This document shows positions 20,753 to 28,625 of a stretch of 64,000 nucleotides of DNA, piece by piece; position 1 is the stretch's first letter, and every line of letters starts with the position of its first letter. A model generated the notes under the pieces. That model ran no database searches. It had not been told where the DNA came from and saw only the letters and a program-made list of their open reading frames with translations. The translations under genes and the position numbers were made by a program. The stretch is from Armatimonadota bacterium (GTDB taxonomy: Bacteria > Armatimonadota > UBA5829 > DSUL01). Location of the stretch: the NCBI GenBank assembly GCA_039811685.1, contig JBDHZC010000005.1, positions 150,008 to 214,007 on the forward strand, in the 5' to 3' direction.

Positions 20753-21016
20753 ATGAGCAGCGAAACGGAAAAGGAAGGCGCTTTCGAAGCGCCTTCGGAA
20801 TCAACGCATAAGAAGCGCACAAACCTGCTGACTGAGCGTGAAGTCGAGATACTCAAGCTTATCTTTGCTGGCAATCCATCCAGTGACGTCGCACGGGCGC
20901 TATGTGTCTCAAAGAGAACTGTTGACTTCCACCTGAGCAAGGCTTACGGAAAGCTGGGCGTGTCCAACCGCGTTCAGGCGTTCAAGAAGGTAACGGAGTT
21001 GGGACTGGTCCTTTAG
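20753..21016 (+). CDS. Stand-alone LuxR/GerE-type HTH regulator
   Basis: LTEREVEILKLI..G...DVARAL.VSKRTVDFHL...YGKLGVSNRVQA. Confidence 0.9.
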   Translation: MSSETEKEGAFEAPSESTHKKRTNLLTEREVEILKLIFAGNPSSDVARALCVSKRTVDFHLSKAYGKLGVSNRVQAFKKVTELGLVL

Positions 21017-21046
21017 GACTTTGTTTCACTTGACTGGCATTGCGCG

Positions 21047-21071
21047 GGCGGCTCTTCGGAGCCGCCTTTTT
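21047..21071 (+). terminator. Intrinsic terminator after sigma-luxR
   Basis: GGCGGCTC-TTCG-GAGCCGCC followed by TTTTT. Confidence 0.9.
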
Positions 21072-21243
21072 GCTTTTTGCGAAGAGTCCCCGTGGTAATA
21101 CCTGAATTTGCTGAGGTTGCTCCCGCGCAACCAGTGGCGTGGTATCATGAGGCTGCATGGTCTGTGTGTGTCGAATCCGGAGTGGGCAAGACCCACGCGT
21201 AGTGGTCAAGTTTGCTCCGGCAGAATTTACTGAAAATTCTGTG

Positions 21244-21272
21244 TTGACAATGACACAGCGCCATGTTAGGAT
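21244..21272 (+). promoter_or_regulatory. Strong sigma70-type promoter with extended -10
   Basis: TTGACA-17 nt-TAGGAT, with TG at the extended -10 position. Confidence 0.8.
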
Positions 21273-21278
21273 TTAGTT

Positions 21279-21402
21279 ACCAGCATACGCACTGTCTGGA
21301 TATCGGCGAAGGTTAGAGCACGATTACACGCTTCGGTTTCCGTAATTGGCTCATCTAACCAGGCTTCTATCCCACCGGTCCAGATGGCGTATCGGTTTTT
21401 TT
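21279..21402 (+). ncRNA. Candidate rod-shaped small RNA or attenuator
   Basis: Starts at the expected TSS. Nested helices ATACGC/GCGTAT, CTGTCTGGA/TCCAGATGG, GGTTAGA/TCTAACC, CGATTAC/GTAATTG, apical cTTCGg, ends in T7. Confidence 0.55.
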
Positions 21403-21697
21403 CCCTGAGTGAGGGTCCGTTTGTCAGGCTGGCCTTGTTACACTGCTATGTGTGCAGCGCAAGGTTAGTAAGGGACAGTGGACGGCCGCGAACAACCACG
21501 GCGCTGCTGGCTGCCTGACACTTGTCTGCTGCTATTTTAGCGGGGAAGACAACCCTCGGTTCGCGACTGGCGGACGAGTTGGGTTCTTACGAAGGGGTAA
21601 GAGGCTAAGCTGGTTCGGATCCTCCAGCTATATTTTTGGCTGGGACATCCAGATCAGTCAGATCTGACTTAACAAGCAGAAGGAGGACTCTCAACAA

Positions 21698-22459
21698 ATG
21701 AACAGGATGCTTACTGTTTCCTGCTTGGCCGGCATCTTGGTTTCTGCAATTGCCATCGGCGCACAGGCAAGCCAGGACAACTGGAATGTCAAGTTCCAGG
21801 GCGGAACTGCGTTTACCACTATCCCGACGGACTCGGCCGGCGCAGCGTTCGCCTTTAGCAGCACATTGGCCGGCATTGTGGATGACACTAGCGTACTCGA
21901 CCCAAAGGACGGTAAAACTACACCATCCGCAATGCAGCCCGTTGTAGCGACTGCCTGGTATCGTCCAGCGTGGACAAAGAACGACCCAACAGACAACCAA
22001 GCTGCTCCTTGGGCTTTTCAGCAGGACTATCGCACGCCGCTGACGAATGCGCCGCAATACATTAAGGTGTGGGAAGATCTGGTTCTGTGGACCACATTCG
22101 GGTGGAACGCTACGGAGAATCCGACGATCAATCTCTATGTGACACCCGCGACTGGGGCCAACGCACCACCTACAGCTATCAATGGTCAGCCGATCATCTT
22201 CAAAGTTGTGATGACTCAGAGCCCCGCAGGTTACGATGGGCCGAGAGAGTGGACGATCAATTCCAGTGGTATGACGACAATCGGACCGCTGACCTCTGTC
22301 GGAACCTCGGCGAGTAATCCGATCTCTGGAAGCGGCCCACTGGCTGCTACCCAGAACGCTGGTTATCGCTTCAACTTCGTGACTCCTGAGCCTGGTAGCA
22401 TTCTGGCTCTGGGCGCCGGACTGGTTGGCTTTGCCGGCCTGCTTCGCCGCCGCAGCTAA
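21698..22459 (+). CDS. PEP-CTERM sorting-domain protein
   Basis: Signal peptide. C-terminal VTPEPGSILALGAGLVGFAGLLRRRS. AAGGAGG RBS. Confidence 0.93.
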   Translation: MNRMLTVSCLAGILVSAIAIGAQASQDNWNVKFQGGTAFTTIPTDSAGAAFAFSSTLAGIVDDTSVLDPKDGKTTPSAMQPVVATAWYRPAWTKNDPTDNQAAPWAFQQDYRTPLTNAPQYIKVWEDLVLWTTFGWNATENPTINLYVTPATGANAPPTAINGQPIIFKVVMTQSPAGYDGPREWTINSSGMTTIGPLTSVGTSASNPISGSGPLAATQNAGYRFNFVTPEPGSILALGAGLVGFAGLLRRRS

Positions 22460-22495
22460 GCTCACTTAGCGCGAGTCAAATATCCAGTTGAACTC

Positions 22496-22526
22496 AGCCG
22501 CCCCGGATATTCCGGGGCGGCTTTTT
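22496..22526 (+). terminator. Intrinsic terminator
   Basis: AGCCGCCCCGGA-TAT-TCCGGGGCGGCT followed by TTTT. Confidence 0.9.
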
Positions 22527-22739
22527 CTATGTAATCGGGTTGGGGTAATCTGGCGCAATAACGCCGGGTCACCCGGCGATAGTGACACCTTGACCTTGTT
22601 CTGGCCAGCTCCTGATTTCGTGCCCGGCGTGGTATAATGCCGCCTGAGCTCGTGTTGCGAGGTCGCAGACGCGTTGAGCGCCGCCCAAGCGCGGGTGCGT
22701 CGCGCTAGTCTGGTGAATCCATCCGTCGAGGAGGTCGGT

Positions 22740-24548
22740 GTGTTGAATACAGTAGTCGTCGTTGCCATTGCTGTCTGCGCTCTGGGTCTGGTTGGGAAAC
22801 CGTCTCAAGGCGCAAAGGAGATTCAGCTTACAACCGCTGGGAATACCGACTACGTGGTTGTCCTCGGACGAGGCGCCACTCCCTCGGAGAAGCACGGGGC
22901 GCAAGAGCTTGCGCGCTTTCTCAAACAGATGTCCGGAGCTGAGTTTCAGCTCAAAGCTGAAGAGGCAGTGTTGCCGCAGAAGTGTCTCTTCGTCGGCCAC
23001 GGCCCTACGGCTGAAGATATGCTTGGCGCTGGCGCTTTGCGAGGGTTGGGCAGTGACGGGCTGGTAGTGAAAGCTGTGGGGGATCGGATCGTCCTCAGCG
23101 GGGGTGCTGAGCGCGGGACGATGTATGCGTGCTACAGTCTGCTGGAGGACGTGCTGGGCTGCCGGTGGTACTCCAGCACAGTCAGCGTCATTCCGAAGAA
23201 GCTGACAATTCGCATCCCTGCGAACATCAATCGGCGCGAGATTCCTGCCTTTGAAAACCGCGACCCGTTCTACACAGATGCTTTTGACGCCGATTGGGCG
23301 GCGCGCAACCGTTCAACTTCCAGCGCTTCCAGGCTGGATAAAAAGCGCGGAGGCAAAATAGCCTACTGGCCGTTTGTGCACTCGTTCAACCTCCTCGTGC
23401 CGCCACAAGACTATTTCGACTCCCATCCTGAGTATTTTTCTCTGGTGAACGGCCAGCGCCAGAAGGACTATTCTCAGCTCTGTCTTACGAATCCAGATGT
23501 TGTGCGGATCGCTACAGCGCAGGTTATGAAGTGGATTGACGAGCACCCGGAGGCCAAAATCATCTCCGTTTCACAGAATGACTGGGGCGGGGCGTGTCAG
23601 TGTGAGAAGTGTCAGGCTATCGTCAAGGCTGAAGGCTCCGAAAGCGGTCCGCTGCTTGCGTTTGTGAATCAGGTAGCCGAGCAGGTAGCGCGTAAGCATC
23701 CGGACAAGCTCATAGACACCCTTGCCTACCAGTACACCAAAGATCCTCCGAAGACCATCAAGCCACTGCCAAACGTGCGCGTCCGGCTGTGTCCCATTGA
23801 AGCGTGCGTCGGGCACCCGTTCGAAGAGTGCGAGCAGAACAAGCTGTTCGTAGATCTGCTCCGGAAGTGGAGCAGCCTGACCGGCAACCTCTATGTCTGG
23901 CACTATGTGACAAACTTCGCGAACTACATGCAACCCGTTCCGAACTTCAAAGAGCTGGAAGCAGATATTCCGATGTACCACCGGATGGGTGTGAAAGGCC
24001 TGATGCTCCAGGGTAACTATCAGGAGGGGGGCAACGGGGAGTTCTCCGAGATGCGGGCGTGGGTGGAGGCGAAGATGCTGTGGGACCCGTCCCGGGACTT
24101 CGATGCGCTGGTGGGCGACTTTCTGGCTGGCTATTACGGCCCGGCCGCGCCCGCGCTGCGCAAGTACTACGACCTGATGCACTCCAGGGTAATGGATAAC
24201 CACATCCACGTGCATATCTACGATCCCCCCAGCGCTCCCTATCTGGATAGTGAGACGCTTGCGGCAGCGGAAGGGTGCTTCGAGGAGGCGCAAAGAGCGG
24301 CCCGGATACATCCCGAGTATCTCAGGCGTGTGAAGCGCGATGCTCTGTCGTTGCGCTATGTGCGGTTGTGTCAGGACAAGGCAGCGTGGGAGCAGTCCGG
24401 AAAAAACGCGGAACAGGCTGCGGGCCTGTGGCGGCGGACGAAGGAGTTTTGTGAAGAGTTCGCCTCCTACGGCGCGGTGTGGATTCGCGAAGGTCAGAGG
24501 CTGGATGCCTGGGAGAAGGAGTGGCAGGCACAGCTTGCCACGAATTAG
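22740..24548 (+). CDS. DUF4838 family secreted glycoside hydrolase-like protein
   Basis: GAGGAGG RBS then GTG. Signal peptide, RGTMYACYSLLE..LGCRWY, HPEYFSLVNGQR..QLCLTNP, SVSQND, TLAYQYT..PP. Confidence 0.85.
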   Translation: MLNTVVVVAIAVCALGLVGKPSQGAKEIQLTTAGNTDYVVVLGRGATPSEKHGAQELARFLKQMSGAEFQLKAEEAVLPQKCLFVGHGPTAEDMLGAGALRGLGSDGLVVKAVGDRIVLSGGAERGTMYACYSLLEDVLGCRWYSSTVSVIPKKLTIRIPANINRREIPAFENRDPFYTDAFDADWAARNRSTSSASRLDKKRGGKIAYWPFVHSFNLLVPPQDYFDSHPEYFSLVNGQRQKDYSQLCLTNPDVVRIATAQVMKWIDEHPEAKIISVSQNDWGGACQCEKCQAIVKAEGSESGPLLAFVNQVAEQVARKHPDKLIDTLAYQYTKDPPKTIKPLPNVRVRLCPIEACVGHPFEECEQNKLFVDLLRKWSSLTGNLYVWHYVTNFANYMQPVPNFKELEADIPMYHRMGVKGLMLQGNYQEGGNGEFSEMRAWVEAKMLWDPSRDFDALVGDFLAGYYGPAAPALRKYYDLMHSRVMDNHIHVHIYDPPSAPYLDSETLAAAEGCFEEAQRAARIHPEYLRRVKRDALSLRYVRLCQDKAAWEQSGKNAEQAAGLWRRTKEFCEEFASYGAVWIREGQRLDAWEKEWQAQLATN

Positions 24549-24598
24549 CAAGCTAAGTATTCTTGGCAAGCCAAGCCTTCTTGGCAAGCCAAGCCTTC
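24545..24598. repeat. Three 18-bp tandem units, each with an internal palindrome
   Basis: ttagcaagctaagtattc / ttggcaagccaagccttc / ttggcaagccaagccttc. Confidence 0.85.
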
Positions 24599-24672
24599 AT
24601 CAGGCGACCATGAGTGCTGCTGCGCCGTGTGAAGCTGCCGCGCGCCTGCACCCAGGTAAGGTTCGATCTGCG

Positions 24673-25185
24673 ATGAGGCGCTGCGTTTGGATGGCCATGG
24701 CCATAGCGATCCTCGGTGGCTGCGCGCGTGACACAACACAGCGCTTTGAAACGATGGGCAAGAGCGCCACTGTTGAGCAGAAGGGCGACTCGACGCGGGT
24801 TACTGTTGAAGGACTGGGCGCCAACAGCCGCGTCATTGACATCAAGCCCCAGGAAGTGATGAGCGAGCTGGCAATCCCACGCTATCCCGGCTCCACACTG
24901 GTACCAGGTTCTGAGCAGTGCGCTGTTGACAGGGATTCCGGTGACCGTGGGTGCCGGGCCGACCTGCGAGTCAACGCACGCTTTGACGATGTCGTGACTT
25001 TCTACAAACAGCGTCTAAAAGCCAGCCCCACAACGATCAGTGTCGGTGGGATGCGCACGGCGCTCATGGTCAAGAGTGAGGGTCTCTCCACGCGCAGTGT
25101 CACTGTCAGTCAGCGTGGCGGGACTGGGGATGTCCGCCTCCTCTTGCTGAGAATTGAGCGGGCTGCGCCGTCAGCGCGAAAGTAA
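24673..25185 (+). CDS. Putative lipoprotein
   Basis: MRRCVWMAMAIAILGG-C lipobox. IPRYPGS and VVTFYKQRL motifs. Confidence 0.75.
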   Translation: MRRCVWMAMAIAILGGCARDTTQRFETMGKSATVEQKGDSTRVTVEGLGANSRVIDIKPQEVMSELAIPRYPGSTLVPGSEQCAVDRDSGDRGCRADLRVNARFDDVVTFYKQRLKASPTTISVGGMRTALMVKSEGLSTRSVTVSQRGGTGDVRLLLLRIERAAPSARK

Positions 25186-25246
25186 CGTCAGATGCGAAGA
25201 TCAGGAGGGCGAGCTAGTCTCCGCTGGCGACGGCGTCCCGGAGGGC

Positions 25247-25654
25247 TCAGGCGGCCCTGCGGGTCTCCATAAGTCTGTGCGCCATTGAAATCAGCGCCTG
25301 TTTGTCTTCGATGGGTTTGGAGAAGTAGTCGTCTGCGCCGGAGAGCTCGAGAAAGTGCTCCCTGTCTCCACGCATCGCGTGTGCGGTCGTCAGGATAATC
25401 GGGATGGAAGACGTCTTTGTGTCACCTTTGAGGAGTCTGCACATATCCACGCCGTCTACCAGACGGCCCTGATATTGCGTGTTGGACAGCGAAACATCCA
25501 TCAGAATGAGGTCAACCGTTCCGCTGGAGGCTATCTCCATCACTTCGCTGGCGTCCTCAGTCACAGTGACGTCGAATGCACCGACTCTATTCAAGACAAG
25601 CTCGAAGAGCTTCGCGTTTGCTCTGTCGTCTTCAACCACCAGAATATGAGGCAT
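25247..25654 (-). CDS. Single-domain response regulator (DivK-like)
   Basis: ILVVEDD, DLILMD, IILTTAHAM.GDRE, DDYFSKP. Confidence 0.92.
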   Translation of the reverse strand: MPHILVVEDDRANAKLFELVLNRVGAFDVTVTEDASEVMEIASSGTVDLILMDVSLSNTQYQGRLVDGVDMCRLLKGDTKTSSIPIILTTAHAMRGDREHFLELSGADDYFSKPIEDKQALISMAHRLMETRRAA

Positions 25655-25834
25655 GTAATCCTTTACTCCCCTTCGGATCGAATTCGTTGCACCCGTGCTG
25701 CAGGGCGCTGATTTTCGTAATAGTTATGCTCGATTGAGCGCGGTGTCTTACTATATTTTTTTGTCTGCGCAACCGATGTCGCACCGGGCGCGCAAGCGTA
25801 CCTCACGCAAGCATTTTTAGGCTACGGCGCCCGC

Positions 25835-27892
25835 TCAGGCAGCCTTTGGCTGGTTCGCGCCCGTGATGTCCTGAATGACGCGCAGGAAGTACCCGGAGTC
25901 CATGGGTTTTGACAGGATAGGCGGTTCAGGAGACAGGGCGTGGTCTCGCAGGAATCGCCGGACGGCTGTTTCGTACCCGGTGAGCACGACGACGGGCAGG
26001 CTCTGGTACGAAGTATAGATCTCTTTGAGCACAGACTCGCTGGTAGGCGACTGTGGATCGTTGCCCAGCCGCCAGTCGAGGCAGATGGCTGAGGGCCTCA
26101 CGTCTTTGAGGAAATCGAGCGCCTCCGAGCTTTTCGCCACCAGGCCCGTGCGGTAGCCCGCCTTGTTCAGCAGCCTGCAGACGTACGTTCCAAAGGTCAC
26201 GTCGTCCTCCAGTACAAGCACCAGCGGCGACTGGTTGTCCGGCTCCGGTGTGTTGTCCTGTAGAACCTGGGGCGCCAGCGGAAGTCTGAGAGTTACAGTA
26301 GTTCCCAGATTCTTGCCAGCGCTTTCCACAGACGTTGTTCCGCCCATCATATTCGTAATGCTGCGTGTAAGCGCCAGCCCCAGTCCGGTCCCGTCGTACC
26401 GGCGGGTGGTGGACCCATCCATCTGCTGGAACTTGTCGAAAAGTCTGTGCTGGAGGTCTGGATCGATTCCGATGCCAGTGTCGCGGATACAGATTCTGCA
26501 CATCGGGCCGTCCTCATCAACGGACACCTCCACCGATCCGCGCGGTGTAAACCGGACTGCGTTGTCCAGGACGTTGTCCAGTATCTGGTCCAGACGGCCA
26601 CGGTCGCAGAGGATATCCGGACGGCTGGTCTGTGTGACGCGCATCTCCAGTCCCTTCTGCTCCGCCCGCTTCACAAATCGATCTACGGCTGTGCGTACGG
26701 CTTCAACTGCGCTGATCTTCTCCAGCGTCAACAGGGCGCTTCCGGCCTCGATTTCCGAAAGGTTGAGTACGTCGTTGATCAAGGCCAGCAGATGTTCCGC
26801 GCTTGTGTAGGCGCTCTCTACGAACTCCTGTTGCTCTTCAGGAGTCTTGGCCAGCCCGTCCTTGATCAGGCCAAGAAAGCCGATTATGCCGTTGAGCGGG
26901 GTGCGCAGCTCATGCGACACAGTGCACATAAACTCTGACTTCAAACGATCCGCCGCCGTCAACTGCTTGTTGATCTCGTGCTGGCGGGCATTGGCGGCTT
27001 CCAGGTTGGCCGCTGTCTGGCTGACCTCCACAAAGCTCTGACCCTTGGCCAGTGACAGCGCAACGAGCTGTGAACAACATTCGAGAATGCCCAGGAACAC
27101 TTCTGAGAGCACTGCGGAAGAGAACACCGCAAGCGCGCCGACGCTTTCGCCGCGGATCATCAGGGGAAAAGACGCAAACGACTGAACTGATCGCTGCTGC
27201 AACCAGCTACTGTTGAACAGCCAGCCCAGCGACTGAGGATCGCAAGCGCTCAAGCGATGACCTGAGTCCACAACGCCCAGCACTGGCGCGCCTCGCGAGT
27301 GTTCCAGAGAAGGTTTGTCGTCCTGCAGGCCGCGGCCTGCCACCAGTTTCAGTGGGATGCCGCGCGGTGTGCTCTGCTCGGCCAGCGCTGTAACGGGCCC
27401 GAGCGCATCGCTGCAGCCTTCAGAAAGCCAGAGCTCGCAAGAGATGACAGCATAGGATTCCTGGCAATGTTTGAAGATGTCGTTTACTAACGACAGGGGA
27501 GTCTCGGAAAGGGCTGTGGAGCGAACGATCTCTGTCAAGCGCTGCAACTCGAAAGCCATCTGCCGCGCTTCCGCCCGCTCAATGTCCATCTGCCGCTCGT
27601 TGGCGGCCAGTCGCTGATCGACGGCTTCGATGTACTCGACCATCGACACGGGAAGATCCATAGACTGAAAGCCGTTTCCGTTTGTCTGAGGTCCGCGGAA
27701 CAGCGCTTCCAACGGTGTCAAACCGCGGATTTTCACAACACCGCCAATGCCAACTCCCAGAAGCACGCCTGCAAGTGATAGGATATAATGGCGCCCGGTG
27801 AAGGCGGCCAGCAAAACGAGCGCGCACAACACCAGCGCCCACAGGGCGGTGACGGTTTGGGGCTTTACAAACTGGGGCAGTCTCTGCTTCAT
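25835..27892 (-). CDS. Membrane hybrid sensor histidine kinase (TM-GAF-HisKA-HATPase-REC)
   Basis: Two TM helices, GAF-like SFASFPL..GALAVF, SHELRTPLNG, N box NVLDNAVRFT, DTGIGI, GTGLGL, C-terminal receiver LVLEDD...CLD...SKP. Confidence 0.92.
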   Translation of the reverse strand: MKQRLPQFVKPQTVTALWALVLCALVLLAAFTGRHYILSLAGVLLGVGIGGVVKIRGLTPLEALFRGPQTNGNGFQSMDLPVSMVEYIEAVDQRLAANERQMDIERAEARQMAFELQRLTEIVRSTALSETPLSLVNDIFKHCQESYAVISCELWLSEGCSDALGPVTALAEQSTPRGIPLKLVAGRGLQDDKPSLEHSRGAPVLGVVDSGHRLSACDPQSLGWLFNSSWLQQRSVQSFASFPLMIRGESVGALAVFSSAVLSEVFLGILECCSQLVALSLAKGQSFVEVSQTAANLEAANARQHEINKQLTAADRLKSEFMCTVSHELRTPLNGIIGFLGLIKDGLAKTPEEQQEFVESAYTSAEHLLALINDVLNLSEIEAGSALLTLEKISAVEAVRTAVDRFVKRAEQKGLEMRVTQTSRPDILCDRGRLDQILDNVLDNAVRFTPRGSVEVSVDEDGPMCRICIRDTGIGIDPDLQHRLFDKFQQMDGSTTRRYDGTGLGLALTRSITNMMGGTTSVESAGKNLGTTVTLRLPLAPQVLQDNTPEPDNQSPLVLVLEDDVTFGTYVCRLLNKAGYRTGLVAKSSEALDFLKDVRPSAICLDWRLGNDPQSPTSESVLKEIYTSYQSLPVVVLTGYETAVRRFLRDHALSPEPPILSKPMDSGYFLRVIQDITGANQPKAA

Positions 27893-28112
27893 CGTTAGTC
27901 TCTTGCGGACGTCTCCTGACGCTGGTGAGACCACTGCGTTCTGCAGACCTCTGTCGCGTGGGACAACGGCGAAGGCCGATCAGAGAAGGACTCTGGCTGG
28001 TCTCAGGCGCGGCGCTCTATCTGTCAGTACTATTCCACGTTCGGCCGCCGGATTTCACTAGTTGGAGGGTATGCTGGCGCCGGCGGATACATCTGAAAGG
28101 AGTTGCAGGCCC

Positions 28113-28589
28113 GTGGGAAAAATCGAGGAAGGGCAGAAGGCTCCGGACTTCTCCCTGGTCTGTGAGACTGGGGACTCTATCAGTCTGAGCGACTATCGAG
28201 GGAAGAAAAACATTGTCCTCTACTTTTATCCAAAGGACGATACTCCAGGGTGTACAAAAGAAGCCTGCGCGTTTCGGGATGACTGGTCTGAGTACGGTAA
28301 ACTGGACACGCAGATTCTGGGAGTGAGCCGGGACGACGAGAAGTCTCACTTGAAGTTCAGTCAGAAGTTCACTCTGCCGTTTCCACTTCTCGCCGACACT
28401 TCCGGGCAGGTCGTGGCAGACTACGGAGTCTGGCAGGAGAAGAACATGTACGGGAAGAAGTCGATGGGAATTGTGCGCTCGACTTTTGTCATCGACAAAG
28501 AGGGAACAGTACGCAAAATCTATCCGCGCGTGAGCGTTGACGGCCACTCTCAGGCCATCCAGGAGTTCATCCGCGAGAACCTGACTTAG
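28113..28589 (+). CDS. bcp: Thioredoxin-dependent peroxiredoxin Bcp
   Basis: LYFYPKDDTPGCTKEAC. AAGGAG RBS before GTG 28113. Confidence 0.95.
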   Translation: MGKIEEGQKAPDFSLVCETGDSISLSDYRGKKNIVLYFYPKDDTPGCTKEACAFRDDWSEYGKLDTQILGVSRDDEKSHLKFSQKFTLPFPLLADTSGQVVADYGVWQEKNMYGKKSMGIVRSTFVIDKEGTVRKIYPRVSVDGHSQAIQEFIRENLT

Positions 28590-28625
28590 CTCGGCGCTTT
28601 GAAGAGCAGGCTACAGTCTTGAAAG

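Noticed and set aside
23571..24587. 338-aa minus-strand ORF
   Set aside because: Antisense to the DUF4838 gene, no motifs; typical of high-GC codon bias.
24545..24598. Mini CRISPR array
   Set aside because: Units are contiguous with no spacers, and there are no cas genes.
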